DNA of 32,000 bases from Candidatus Saganbacteria bacterium. GTDB taxonomy: Bacteria; Margulisbacteria; WOR-1; JAKLHX01. The notes below the pieces were generated by a model, which ran no database searches, was not told where the DNA came from, and was given only the letters and a program-made list of their open reading frames with translations. The first letter of the stretch is position 1, and the number at the start of each line of letters is the position of its first letter. The DNA lies in NCBI GenBank assembly GCA_026387835.1, contig JAPLKZ010000010.1, forward strand, positions 90,001-122,000. The letters run 5' to 3'. Positions 16,294-25,626 of this stretch are shown in pieces. The position numbers and the translations under genes were made by a program.

Positions 16294-17934
16294 ATGAGTC
16301 CTGTAAGGGACGCAAAAACGGAATTTTCGGTCGGATTTGATATAAGCGGCGGATATATTCGCCTTGCCGAGATATCGGAATCCGATAAAGGTTTCAGGCT
16401 CGAGGAATACAGGATCGCCGAGACCGCGCGCGAAAAAGACGGCTCTACTTCCGCGGGTTCTGTCCTCGATCTGTTAAAAAAAACCTTCGCTTCACTTCCG
16501 TCAAGAAAACGCAAAATATACTGCCTTTTATCCGGCACTGAAGTAGTGATCCGCAGGGTCATCGTCCCAAAACTCAAGGAAAAAGACCTTCTTGAAGCCG
16601 TAAAATGGGAGATGAAAAGCCATATCCCGTTCACTCTTGAGAACACGGTCATTGATTACAAGATGCTGGGAGCTGTCCATGAAAGAGGTGTCGAAAAGCT
16701 TGACCTTCTCGTGGCTGCCGTTTCAAAAGAATCCATTGCCGGCATCCACGGTCTTTTTGAGTCCGCCGGAATAAACCTTGACGGCATTTCGTTAGCGCCT
16801 TTCGCCGTGTGGGACCTGCTGAAAAAACTGAACATCCTTGAAAAAGATAAGACCACCGCTTTTATCAACATGGGCGTCGATTCCACGAGCCTGATCTTTT
16901 TCAACGGGGAGAACCTTGAATTCTTCAGGGAACTGTCTATCGCGGGGAATAATTTTACCAAAGCGATGATCGGCACTTTCGTCAGCGACAAGTGGCAGAT
17001 GGACTTCACCTATGAGCAGGCCGAAAAGATGAAAAGGACCTACGGCATCCCGGCCGAAAACACTCAGGAGAACACTCCGGACGGCGTTCCGCTGTCACAG
17101 ATATCCCAGCTGTTAAGACCGGTCCTGCGCAGGTTCCTTAACGAGATAATCCGCTCGTTCAGTTTTTACAAGGAAAATTTCAACAGGACAGCCGTCGACA
17201 AGGTCATCTTGTCCGGCGGTTCCTCAAAAATGAAGAGCCTTGACACTTTTTTATCTTCCGGTCTTGAGACAAGTGTTCAGAACTTTGATGCCTGTGCCGG
17301 CCTAGAGAGCTCTAAAACAGACGGAGAATTTAAAGAGATCTGCCCTCACCTTTCGATAGCCATAGGCATTGCCCTTTCCCAGGCAAAGGAGATGAACCTC
17401 CTCAAGAGAGCAAGGATCGGCAAAAAAAATCCTGCCCCTTTCAACATCGATAGGGCGTTTGAGTTCCTGTCTGATACCGATAATTCCATAAAAGTCCCCG
17501 CCGTCACCGGCGGAGCCGTGCTTCTGCTGTTTATTGTCATAGCTTTTTCCGCAGCGGTCATGATAAACAGCAGGCTTTCTTATTATAACGGTCTTATCAA
17601 CGACAAGAGCTCCGTCCTTGCCAACATAAAACTGCTGCAGGAGCGCCGGGCTATCGTCAACAGAATATCGGCGGAGCAGACCCCGGTCAGGCAGGTGATC
17701 GCGGAACTCTCGAACATCCTTCCCCCGGGTATCCTCCTGAACAGTTTTTCATTCACAAATTCAAGCCGGCAAATGGTGATAACAGGTTCCTGCAACGGCA
17801 TGAAGACGATAGGCGAGATGCTCAAAGATATCGAAATGTCTACGCTCTTTTCCGGAACTACGCTGATAGAGGCAAAAAGATCCGCCTCAAACAGTACAAT
17901 AGATTTTAAGGTGATATTTAAAAGCGTAATATAA
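16294..17934 (+). CDS. pilM: PilM-PilN fusion, type IV pilus alignment complex
   Basis: First ~400 aa PilM-like actin fold (EFSVGFDISGGYIRLAEI, AVKWEMKSHIPF, TTAFINMGVDSTSLIFF, VILSGGSSKMKSL). Last ~150 aa PilN-like (TM AVLLLFIVIAFSAAVMI, coiled coil, LPPGILLNSFSFTNSSRQMVITG). Confidence 0.88.
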   Translation: MSPVRDAKTEFSVGFDISGGYIRLAEISESDKGFRLEEYRIAETAREKDGSTSAGSVLDLLKKTFASLPSRKRKIYCLLSGTEVVIRRVIVPKLKEKDLLEAVKWEMKSHIPFTLENTVIDYKMLGAVHERGVEKLDLLVAAVSKESIAGIHGLFESAGINLDGISLAPFAVWDLLKKLNILEKDKTTAFINMGVDSTSLIFFNGENLEFFRELSIAGNNFTKAMIGTFVSDKWQMDFTYEQAEKMKRTYGIPAENTQENTPDGVPLSQISQLLRPVLRRFLNEIIRSFSFYKENFNRTAVDKVILSGGSSKMKSLDTFLSSGLETSVQNFDACAGLESSKTDGEFKEICPHLSIAIGIALSQAKEMNLLKRARIGKKNPAPFNIDRAFEFLSDTDNSIKVPAVTGGAVLLLFIVIAFSAAVMINSRLSYYNGLINDKSSVLANIKLLQERRAIVNRISAEQTPVRQVIAELSNILPPGILLNSFSFTNSSRQMVITGSCNGMKTIGEMLKDIEMSTLFSGTTLIEAKRSASNSTIDFKVIFKSVI

Positions 17935-17946
17935 AGGAGAAATGAT

Positions 17947-18801
17947 TTGGAAAGGCCGCTTTGGCAAAAGATCCTTCTGATGGCCCTGATAGCTATAGTT
18001 GTGATCTGGGCATCATACAATTATTTCTTGAAGGGGAAGATCAGGGAGCTTTCCGCTTCAAGGGAAACGCTCTCTTCGATCGAAAAGGAGATCGACCTTA
18101 TGATCCCGAAAGACATAATCGCGGGAAAATCGGAAGCGACAAACCTGATCATCGAAAAAAAACTCGGAGAACTGGGGAAAAAACTGCCTTCCGAGATAGA
18201 TATACCCTACCTTATGCAGGACTTTATCACAAACTCGTCAAGAGATATCAAGATAAATTATTCCCTGGTACAGCCTTCAGCCCTGATAAGCGAGCAGAAA
18301 TATAAGAAACTTCCGATAGATATTGAGCTGTCCGGCGATTTTGAAAATCTGAACCTGTATCTGGTAAGGCTGGAAAATCTTCCTATGATGGTCCGGATCG
18401 ATCAGCTCGACATAAACAAGAATTCAGACGCGAAGGTGCTCGACGTAAAGCTTCTTGTCTCGGCTTTTGTGATGCCGTCAGCCGCGGGACAAACTTCACA
18501 GGAAAAGATCGTTATGCCGGGCGTCGTAATGTCCGATCCGTTCTTTTCGCAAAGATACTGCGTGGCATCGTCAAAGGAGGCGGCCGCATCAAAGAAGAGG
18601 ACGATCAAGAAGTCGGCAAAAGTCCGGATCAAGTTCAAGGGTGTCTACGAAGGCAGTATCCAGGCTGTTTTCCTTAATGATTCGCTGGTAAAGACAGGGG
18701 AAAGCGTTGACGGTTTCACTGTAGAAAAAATAGGCGGGAAGTCCGTAACGGTCTCAAAGTCCGGAAAACGATACACATTAAAATTAGGAGGTGAGATCTG
18801 A
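17947..18801 (+). CDS. pilO: PilO-like protein with possible C-terminal PilP-like segment
   Basis: N-terminal TM followed by PilO-like region (IDIPYLMQDFITNSSRD..., YKKLPIDIELSGDFENLNLYLVRLENLPMMVRIDQLDI); C-terminal ~70 aa VRIKFKGVYEGSIQAVFLNDSLVKTGESVDGFTVEKIGGKSVTVSKSGKRYTLKL resembles a PilP/GspC HR beta domain. Confidence 0.83.
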   Translation: MERPLWQKILLMALIAIVVIWASYNYFLKGKIRELSASRETLSSIEKEIDLMIPKDIIAGKSEATNLIIEKKLGELGKKLPSEIDIPYLMQDFITNSSRDIKINYSLVQPSALISEQKYKKLPIDIELSGDFENLNLYLVRLENLPMMVRIDQLDINKNSDAKVLDVKLLVSAFVMPSAAGQTSQEKIVMPGVVMSDPFFSQRYCVASSKEAAASKKRTIKKSAKVRIKFKGVYEGSIQAVFLNDSLVKTGESVDGFTVEKIGGKSVTVSKSGKRYTLKLGGEI

Positions 18802-20132
18802 TGAAAATCAAGACAGCGGTTTTATTGGTATTTTTGTTCTGCTGTCCGGTCCTCGCTCTGGATAATATTTACAGCAGCGGCACCAGCAGCGAGACTATTT
18901 CTCTCAGCCTGAAAGATGCGCCAATAACCACGGTGCTCTACTCGCTGGGAAAAGAAGCGGGAATGAACGTCGTCGTAAGCAATACCGTCAAAGGAAAGGT
19001 AACTCTTTCTCTAAAGGATGTCCCGCCGTTTGAAGCTTTGCTGTCTGTCATCAGGTCCTGCGGTTATTCCTACAAGATAGAGAACGGTATATTAAGAGTG
19101 ACCGCACCCAACGCCCAGCCCGGGGAAAAACCTTCGTATGAAGTGGATATTTTCAGGGATAAAGGTCTTTTGACAAAGTCTTTTACGATCAATCAGGTGA
19201 CCGCTGATGACGCAAAAGATATGCTTATGAAGCTTGATTATCCCAACACAAGGATCTTTTCGACAAAAGGGTCAAACATCGTTGTCGTCGAGGCGCCCGC
19301 GGCCTCGATGCAGAAGATCTCCGGGATAGTTAAACAGCTGAACATCGCACCCAACCAGGTTCTCGTCGAATCGCAGCTGATGGAGATAACCCTCGGAAAC
19401 GGCGCCACGCCGTCAAAGCTCGGCGTCAAAGGAAAATACTCCGGAAGCACCTATACCGCCCAGACCGAAGGTTTTGCAAATCCCGCAACGACAGGCACTC
19501 CCGGGTTTTACGCCCATGTCGTCAAGGGCAATCTTGACGCTTATCTGGAAGCCCTGGAGCATAAGGAAGGATACAATCTTCTTGCCAATCCCAAGATCGT
19601 GGCGGTCTCCGGAAGATCGGCAAACATAATAAGCGGGTCAAAGCTGGGCTATAAGACAACTCTCACGACGACCACCGGCACAAGCCAGATAATCGATTTT
19701 CTCGAGGTAGGAACAAAGCTCACTTTCACGGCGTATATTTCAAGCGACGGCACAATAAAGATGGATATTCATCCTGAGGTCAGTGAAGGTTCCATATCGA
19801 CAGACGGCCTTCCTCAAAAGCAGACGACCGAAGCCACCACGACGGTCATAGTAAGGGACGGGGAAACGATAATCATCGGCGGCCTGATCAAGAATAAATC
19901 AAAAGAGGTCGAGAACGGGATACCGTTCCTGATGAGCATTCCTATTATCGGCAACGCATTCAAAAGCAAAGAGATCCTCTGGGAGAAAAAAGAGATAATC
20001 GCAATGCTCACGCCTCATCTTATCACTCCGGCAAGGATCAAAACCATGGGAGTAGAGATAGACACGGCCCGCCAAAAACAAAAAGATGCCAATACGGGCG
20101 AGGCGCCTAATCTGTGGTGGTGGATGAAGTAA
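18801..20132 (+). CDS. pilQ: Type IV pilus secretin PilQ (GspD family)
   Basis: Signal peptide; STN/N0-like domain (ISLSLKDAPITTVLYSLGKEAGMNVVVSNTVKGKVTLSLKDVP); N1-like; QVLVESQLMEITLGNG; and the signature TVIVRDGETIIIGGLI...PFLMSIPIIGNAFKSK...KKEIIAMLTPHLI. Confidence 0.93.
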   Translation: MKIKTAVLLVFLFCCPVLALDNIYSSGTSSETISLSLKDAPITTVLYSLGKEAGMNVVVSNTVKGKVTLSLKDVPPFEALLSVIRSCGYSYKIENGILRVTAPNAQPGEKPSYEVDIFRDKGLLTKSFTINQVTADDAKDMLMKLDYPNTRIFSTKGSNIVVVEAPAASMQKISGIVKQLNIAPNQVLVESQLMEITLGNGATPSKLGVKGKYSGSTYTAQTEGFANPATTGTPGFYAHVVKGNLDAYLEALEHKEGYNLLANPKIVAVSGRSANIISGSKLGYKTTLTTTTGTSQIIDFLEVGTKLTFTAYISSDGTIKMDIHPEVSEGSISTDGLPQKQTTEATTTVIVRDGETIIIGGLIKNKSKEVENGIPFLMSIPIIGNAFKSKEILWEKKEIIAMLTPHLITPARIKTMGVEIDTARQKQKDANTGEAPNLWWWMK

Positions 20133-20136
20133 TGAT

Positions 20137-20227
20137 TACTAATGACTAATTCTTAATGACTAATTAAGGAATAATATAATAATGCTTCCTTCATTAGACA
20201 TTAGTCATTAGTAATTAGTCATTTAAA
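20137..20227. repeat. AATGACTAAT repeat cluster forming long inverted repeat between convergent genes
   Basis: AATGACTAAT on + at 20141-20150 and 20155-20164; its complement ATTAGTCATT at 20200-20209 and 20214-20223. 14-nt period in both arms. Confidence 0.85.
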
Positions 20228-20960
20228 TTAAGTCTTCTATCAGCTGCCGGGTGTATTCTTCTGACGGGTTGTTGAATATTTCATCGGGTGTCCCCGTCTC
20301 AATCAGGCTTCCGGCCTTCATGACCGCTATCCTGTCGCAGATATGTCTTGCCAGCGAAAGATCGTGAGTGATAAAAAGATATGTAAGGCCTTTTTCTTCT
20401 TTCAATCTCATCAACAGGCCGATTATCTTTTTCTGCAGATCAAAGTCTAAGGAGGAGACCGGCTCGTCCAAGACAATGAACGACGGCCCTGTCGATACAG
20501 CCCTTGTGATACAGACCCTCTGGGCCTCTCCTCCGGAGATCTCGTGAGGATACCTGTTCAAATAATCTTTTGTCAGTCCTGCCTCTGACAGAAGCTCCGC
20601 CGCTTTTTTGGGGATCTCATTTCTCGGGCAGATATCATGGATCAGTAACGGTTCCGCGATTATATCCCTGATCCTCATCCTCGGGTCCAGGCTGGAAATA
20701 GGGTCCTGGAACACTACCTGCATCTTTTTTCTAAGATCGCGGCATTTTGTTGTTTCCTGTCCGAGAAATTTCAGTTCCCCGCTGTCCGGCCCGGTAAGGC
20801 CGAGTATCAATCTGGCAAGGGTCGTCTTGCCGCTGCCCGATTCTCCTACAATACCGAACACCTCTCCCTTATTTATGAAAAAGCTTGCATCCTTTACGGC
20901 CGCAAATCCGCCGTATTTTTTTGACAGCCCGTCCGCTTCAATTATATTTCCGGACATCAA
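20223..20960 (-). CDS. Peptide-type ABC transporter ATP-binding protein, OppF/DppF-like
   Basis: Walker A GESGSGKTTLAR, signature SGGEAQRVCI, Walker B FIVLDEPVSSLD, switch His. Confidence 0.92.
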   Translation of the reverse strand: MMSGNIIEADGLSKKYGGFAAVKDASFFINKGEVFGIVGESGSGKTTLARLILGLTGPDSGELKFLGQETTKCRDLRKKMQVVFQDPISSLDPRMRIRDIIAEPLLIHDICPRNEIPKKAAELLSEAGLTKDYLNRYPHEISGGEAQRVCITRAVSTGPSFIVLDEPVSSLDFDLQKKIIGLLMRLKEEKGLTYLFITHDLSLARHICDRIAVMKAGSLIETGTPDEIFNNPSEEYTRQLIEDLI

Positions 20961-21691
20961 TCAAACACCTCCCGAACTTTTTCCGATTCTCCCTGGAATA
21001 TGAGCCTTCCGTTCTTCATCACGGCGCAGGAACTGCAGTATTTTTTCACAAGTCTTAAATTATGCGTGATGAGCATGACCGACAGCCCCTGCGTTTCTTT
21101 CATCTCGACAAGCAGGTCCATTACCCCCCTCTGCGTCGTGACATCGAGAGCCGTAGTGGGCTCGTCAGCGATGATATGCTTTGACCCGCACGATACCGCG
21201 ATTGCGATGATTGCCCTCTGCCTCATTCCGCCGCTCAGTTCGTGGGGAAAATCATTATACCTTTTTCCCGGAGGATCTATCTTTACAAGATTTAGCAGTT
21301 CTATGGCTTTTTCTTTGGCGCTTTTTTTATCCATCTTAAGATGATATCTAAGTGCTTCGGATATCTGCTCCCCTATTGTAAGGACGGGGTTTAAAAAAGT
21401 CATAGGGTCCTGAAAGACCATGGATATCCCGGTGCCCCGGACCTTAGTCAGTTCTTCGCTGTTTAGTGCCATGATATCTGTGCCGTCGAGCAGGACAGAA
21501 CCTTTGACGATACGCCCCGGTTCACTTATCAGTTTCATTATCGAATATCCCAAAGTGCTTTTGCCGCAGCCGGACGGCCCTACCAGGCCGAAGAACTCTT
21601 TATCCTTTACCTTCAGGCTCACATCATCGACCGCTCTGATGACTTTGTCATCCGTGTAATAATATGTGGATAAATTCGATATTTTCAGCAT
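20957..21691 (-). CDS. Peptide-type ABC transporter ATP-binding protein, OppD/DppD-like
   Basis: Walker A GPSGCGKSTLGY, VFQDPMTFLNP, signature LSGGMRQRAIIAIAV, HIIADEPTTALD. The ORF track starts at 21835, but conserved sequence starts at MLKISNLST (ATG 21691); the extra 48 aa overlap the permease gene. Confidence 0.92.
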   Translation of the reverse strand: MLKISNLSTYYYTDDKVIRAVDDVSLKVKDKEFFGLVGPSGCGKSTLGYSIMKLISEPGRIVKGSVLLDGTDIMALNSEELTKVRGTGISMVFQDPMTFLNPVLTIGEQISEALRYHLKMDKKSAKEKAIELLNLVKIDPPGKRYNDFPHELSGGMRQRAIIAIAVSCGSKHIIADEPTTALDVTTQRGVMDLLVEMKETQGLSVMLITHNLRLVKKYCSSCAVMKNGRLIFQGESEKVREVFD

Positions 21692-22497
21692 GATCTCGGG
21701 TCCATGGCTTCCCTCAGTCCCTCTCCGACCAAATAGATACACAGCACCGTCAGCAATATCAGGCAACCCGGGATAAAAGCCATCCACCACGCGTCCCTGA
21801 GATAAGCCTGCGAGTCCTGCAGCATGTTCCCCCATGAAGAATACGGCGGCTGGACCCCGAGGCCTAAAAAGCTCAAAGCGGATTCGGTGAGTATCGCGCC
21901 CGCTATCCCGAGCGTCCCTGCCACGATGACAGGGTGCATTGCGTTCGGCAGTACATGCCTGAATATTATCCTTAAATTTGAAGCGCCTATGGCCTTTGCG
22001 GCATCTATATAAGGGCGTTCTTTTACGGAGAGGATCTCTGCTCTCACAAGCCTCGCGACTCCCATCCAGGAAGTAAGCCCTATTACGATCATTACGTTAT
22101 ATATGCTCGGCTTGAGCATGACTTGTATCGACAGCAGCAGAAATATCGACGGAAATGACAACATTATATCTATAAACCGCATTATGACGGAATCGACGAA
22201 GCCTCCGAAAAATCCGGCTACCGCTCCGAACAAAAGCCCGAGCACTACCGCGATCGATACCGCGATAAATCCGACGGCAAGAGAGACCCTTGCCCCGTAG
22301 AGCGCCCTCGAAAAGATATCCCTGCCAAAATCGTCTGTCCCGAAAAGATGGACGGCCGAAGGTGCCTGCAGCGCGGTACTGCCGAGATCTCCCGGATCGA
22401 ACGGGCTCATTACCGGCGCAAGAACCGCCGCAAATGCTATCAAAATAAGGATTGTCAGTCCGAAAACCGCCAGCCTGTTTTTAAAGAAGTTTTTCAT
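21685..22497 (-). CDS. ABC transporter permease, OppC/DppC-like
   Basis: HLFGTDDFGRDIFSRALYGARVSL and EAA-loop ERPYIDAAKAIGASNLRIIFRHVLPN. Confidence 0.92.
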   Translation of the reverse strand: MKNFFKNRLAVFGLTILILIAFAAVLAPVMSPFDPGDLGSTALQAPSAVHLFGTDDFGRDIFSRALYGARVSLAVGFIAVSIAVVLGLLFGAVAGFFGGFVDSVIMRFIDIMLSFPSIFLLLSIQVMLKPSIYNVMIVIGLTSWMGVARLVRAEILSVKERPYIDAAKAIGASNLRIIFRHVLPNAMHPVIVAGTLGIAGAILTESALSFLGLGVQPPYSSWGNMLQDSQAYLRDAWWMAFIPGCLILLTVLCIYLVGEGLREAMDPRSC

Positions 22498-22498
22498 T

Positions 22499-23467
22499 TC
22501 ATTTTTCTATTTTGATCCTCGGATCCGCAGCGGCATAGCACAGGTCCGCAAGGAGGTTACCGATAACTATCAAAAATGCCGATATCATCACGACACCCAT
22601 TATCACCGGATAGTTCCTGGAAAAGACCGCTGTCACGCCAAGGCGTCCCATCCCCGGCCAGGCAAATATCGTCTCAATGATGAATGCTCCGGCAAAAAGG
22701 TCCGGAAGCATCATCCCAACCAAAGTGATGAGCGGCAGCATCGCGTTCCTTAAAGCATGCTTAAAAAGGACCGTTCTTTCGGGTAACCCTTTGGCCCTTG
22801 CCGCTTTTATATAGTTCTGCCCCAGCACTTCTATCATGCTCGCCCTTGTATAACGCGTTATCCCAGCCAGGCTTATTATGACCATTGTCATTACGGGAAG
22901 CGCCATATGCCTTAAGAGATCTGAAGACCTTGAAAATAATGATGGCGCTTTCATAAGCGGGTCGTACATGCCCGTAGCAGGGAGGATATTAAGATTCACC
23001 GAAAATAACAACATCAGCATCAGCGCAAGCCAGAACGAAGGCATCGACATGCCGACGAAAGAAAATACCGTAACGACATGGTCAAACAGTTTGTTTTTCT
23101 TTAACGCGGATATCACTCCCAGCGGCACCGCGAGAAAGACCGTTAATAATATGGAAGTCCCCATAAGAAGCAAAGTCGCGGGCAGTCTTTCAAATATCAC
23201 TTCTGTCACAGGGCGGTTTATAAGATAGGCTGTCCCGAGATCCCCCCTCAGGGCATTGCCCAGCCAGTAGAAATATTGTACGGCGACCGGTTTATCAAGA
23301 CCCCAGTTGACCCTTATTCTTGCAAGCTCCTGAGGCTTTACATTCGGGTCTGTGAACAGCGCTGTCGGGTCTCCGGGAGCAAGATGCATCACAAAGAACG
23401 AGATCAAAGATATGCCTATCAATAAAGGGATAAGAATTAACAGCCGCTTCAATAAATATTTTCCCAT
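22499..23467 (-). CDS. ABC transporter permease, OppB/DppB-like
   Basis: YLLKRLLILIPLLIGISLISFFVMHLAPGDP; EAA-loop GQNYIKAARAKGLPERTVLFKHALRNAMLPLIT. Confidence 0.93.
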   Translation of the reverse strand: MGKYLLKRLLILIPLLIGISLISFFVMHLAPGDPTALFTDPNVKPQELARIRVNWGLDKPVAVQYFYWLGNALRGDLGTAYLINRPVTEVIFERLPATLLLMGTSILLTVFLAVPLGVISALKKNKLFDHVVTVFSFVGMSMPSFWLALMLMLLFSVNLNILPATGMYDPLMKAPSLFSRSSDLLRHMALPVMTMVIISLAGITRYTRASMIEVLGQNYIKAARAKGLPERTVLFKHALRNAMLPLITLVGMMLPDLFAGAFIIETIFAWPGMGRLGVTAVFSRNYPVIMGVVMISAFLIVIGNLLADLCYAAADPRIKIEK

Positions 23468-23470
23468 ATT

Positions 23471-25123
23471 TTATTTGTTTCTCACGAACACCTTCTCGAT
23501 ATTTAAAAACAACCCTGCCGGCCCCGGCTTTGAAAGCCCCCCTACCCTGTTTGATACCGCCACCACACTTTTCGGATACCATAAGAATATGTACGGCTGG
23601 TCGTCTGCTATGATCCTTTGAAGTTTTTGATATATTTCTTTTCTTTTTTCTTTTGCCACCGTTACCCTGCCAAGCTCTAAAAGTCTGTCAACTTCTTTAT
23701 TATTGTATTTAATGAAATTCAAGCCGGATGGATACTGGCTTGAATGCCAGATGCTGTACGAGTCGGGATCTATCCCGAGCGACCATCCGATGATCACGCT
23801 GTCAAAATTTTTCGGGTCCTTGGGAGAATTGATTATCTTAAGAAGCGCGCTCCATTCCATCACTCTGATGTCCACTTTCACGCCGATCTTCTTGTACTGC
23901 CACTGAAGAACGACAGCGGCTTTCTCCCTTTCCTTGTTTCCCTGGTTGACGAGAATTGTGAACTCAAGAAGCTTCCCGTTCTTCATGCGCCGTTTGCCGT
24001 CATCCGCGTATTTCCATCCCGCTTCATTGAGTAATCTCTCCGCTTTCTTGAGGTCATACCGGTATTTATTCACATTATTTTCATAGACCCAGGAGACAGG
24101 CGCGCTTGGGCTGTACGCGGGTGCCGCGAGGCCGCGGAAAATAAGATCTGCAAGCTGGGATTTATCCGTCGCATAAGCGAGGGCTTGCCGGACTTTTTTA
24201 TCCTTGAACAGCGGGTTTGTGAGATTGAGCCCCAAATAGGTATATGTCAGTGAATCGTACTCAAAGACGTTCACCCCCGGCATTTTTTTTATCCTCGAAT
24301 AGTCTTTGGGAGGAATATCGCTTTCATCGACTTCGCCGGCTTCAAGTGCGATAAGCCTTGAATTCTCGTCGGGGATTATCTTAAATAATACCGATGAAAG
24401 AAGAGGGCTGCCTCCGTAGTATTTTTCATTCCTCACCAGTGTCACATGGTCCCCCGACACCCATTCTTTAAAAATGAAAGGCCCTGTCCCTACCGGATGC
24501 TGGTTGAAAGAGGCCGAGTTGATGTCCTTTCCGCGCAAAATATGCCCCGGAAGAATGCCCATGCCCATGCTCGCAAGAAAAGGAGCGAACGGTTTGGGAA
24601 GTATGGCTTGCATTATATAAGGTCCGGCAACATTGAACTTTATCGGCTTTCCGTCGATCATGTAATCGCCCCTGCGGACCGAATTTACTTTCGGGTCAAG
24701 GATGGAATTAAAGGTGAATTTGACGTCCTGCGCGGTGAATTTTTTGCCGTCATGCCATAAGACATCATCCCTTAAATAGAAAATGTAGACCCTCCCGTCT
24801 TTTGAAACGGTCCACTTCCTTGCAAGGTCCGGGATTATTTCAAGGCGTTCGTTCACTTTTGTAAGGCCCGAATATATGGGCCCCTCGACAGCCGAAGAAG
24901 AGCTGTCGGAAGACAGTACCGGGTTGAGAATGGATATCTCGCCGCCAAGACAGAAGACCAGAGTGCCGTTCTTATCGATTTTTGTTTTTCCGTCGTTGGC
25001 GGCTGTATTGTTTTCACATAAACTTGTCGTCTGACGGCATCCCAGGATGCCTAATAAGATCAGGATAAATATTGCTTTTACTGCTGTTTTCAACGGAAAT
25101 GCCCTTCCTGCCTTTTTATCCAA
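23471..25123 (-). CDS. Extracellular solute-binding lipoprotein, family 5 (OppA/DppA-like)
   Basis: Lipobox-like LLGILGC; PDLARKWTVSKDGRVYIFYLRDDVLWHDGKKFTAQDVKFTFN motif. Likely true start is TTG at 25093 (LKTAVKAIF), preceded by an AGGAAGGG SD. Confidence 0.92.
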   Translation of the reverse strand: MDKKAGRAFPLKTAVKAIFILILLGILGCRQTTSLCENNTAANDGKTKIDKNGTLVFCLGGEISILNPVLSSDSSSSAVEGPIYSGLTKVNERLEIIPDLARKWTVSKDGRVYIFYLRDDVLWHDGKKFTAQDVKFTFNSILDPKVNSVRRGDYMIDGKPIKFNVAGPYIMQAILPKPFAPFLASMGMGILPGHILRGKDINSASFNQHPVGTGPFIFKEWVSGDHVTLVRNEKYYGGSPLLSSVLFKIIPDENSRLIALEAGEVDESDIPPKDYSRIKKMPGVNVFEYDSLTYTYLGLNLTNPLFKDKKVRQALAYATDKSQLADLIFRGLAAPAYSPSAPVSWVYENNVNKYRYDLKKAERLLNEAGWKYADDGKRRMKNGKLLEFTILVNQGNKEREKAAVVLQWQYKKIGVKVDIRVMEWSALLKIINSPKDPKNFDSVIIGWSLGIDPDSYSIWHSSQYPSGLNFIKYNNKEVDRLLELGRVTVAKEKRKEIYQKLQRIIADDQPYIFLWYPKSVVAVSNRVGGLSKPGPAGLFLNIEKVFVRNK

Positions 25124-25128
25124 TTATA

Positions 25129-25551
25129 TCAGTCCAGGTTCGTCAGTTCCTGCACTTTTGATGTCCCGTTCTTTTTATATCCCGTGATCGTGTAGCCGTT
25201 CTTTGCCGCATCATACGTGTAAATTATTTTCCCAGCGGTATCTGACGCGGCATAAGCTTTTCCGGTAAAAGGGTTTTTGGGAACCGTGGTGTACCCTATT
25301 GCGCTAAGATAATTTTCGTAAAGAGTCTTTATCGGAATCTCCGTTGCGATGGGGAACGTCTCGTTCTCCATATTATAGGATTCTACGGCCAGCTGCACGG
25401 AATGCATCACCGATTTCACTCCGGCTTCCTTTGCTTTATCCTGCACGCCTACAAAAGTCGGCAGTAAAAACGCGGCAAGCATTCCGATGATCCCTATCAC
25501 TACCAGAAGTTCTATCAAAGTGAAACCTTTTTTTCTCTTCACTTTCATCAC
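25129..25551 (-). CDS. Type II/IV prepilin-like (GspG-like) protein
   Basis: MMKVKRKKG^FTLIELLVVIGIIGMLAAFLLPTFVGVQDKAKEAGVKSVMHSVQLAVESYNMENETFP. Confidence 0.88.
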   Translation of the reverse strand: MMKVKRKKGFTLIELLVVIGIIGMLAAFLLPTFVGVQDKAKEAGVKSVMHSVQLAVESYNMENETFPIATEIPIKTLYENYLSAIGYTTVPKNPFTGKAYAASDTAGKIIYTYDAAKNGYTITGYKKNGTSKVQELTNLD

Positions 25552-25568
25552 CTCCTTTCTTTATTGAC

Positions 25569-25626
25569 CACCCTCTCCCTCTCGCCCTGAGCCTGCCGAA
25601 GGGCTGGGAGAGGGAAGGGTGAGGGT
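25569..25626. repeat. Long imperfect hairpin / candidate dispersed repeat
   Basis: CACCCTCTCCCTCTCGCCCTGAGCCTGCCGAAGGGCTGGGAGAGGGAAGGGTGAGGG; arms ACCCTCTCCCTCTCGCCCT and AGGGCTGGGAGAGGGAAGGGT are near-complementary. Confidence 0.65.

Noticed and set aside
21692-21835. 48-aa N-terminal extension of the OppD-like ORF
   Set aside because: Overlaps the permease coding sequence and lacks homology-like features; the ATP-binding domain starts at MLKISNLST.
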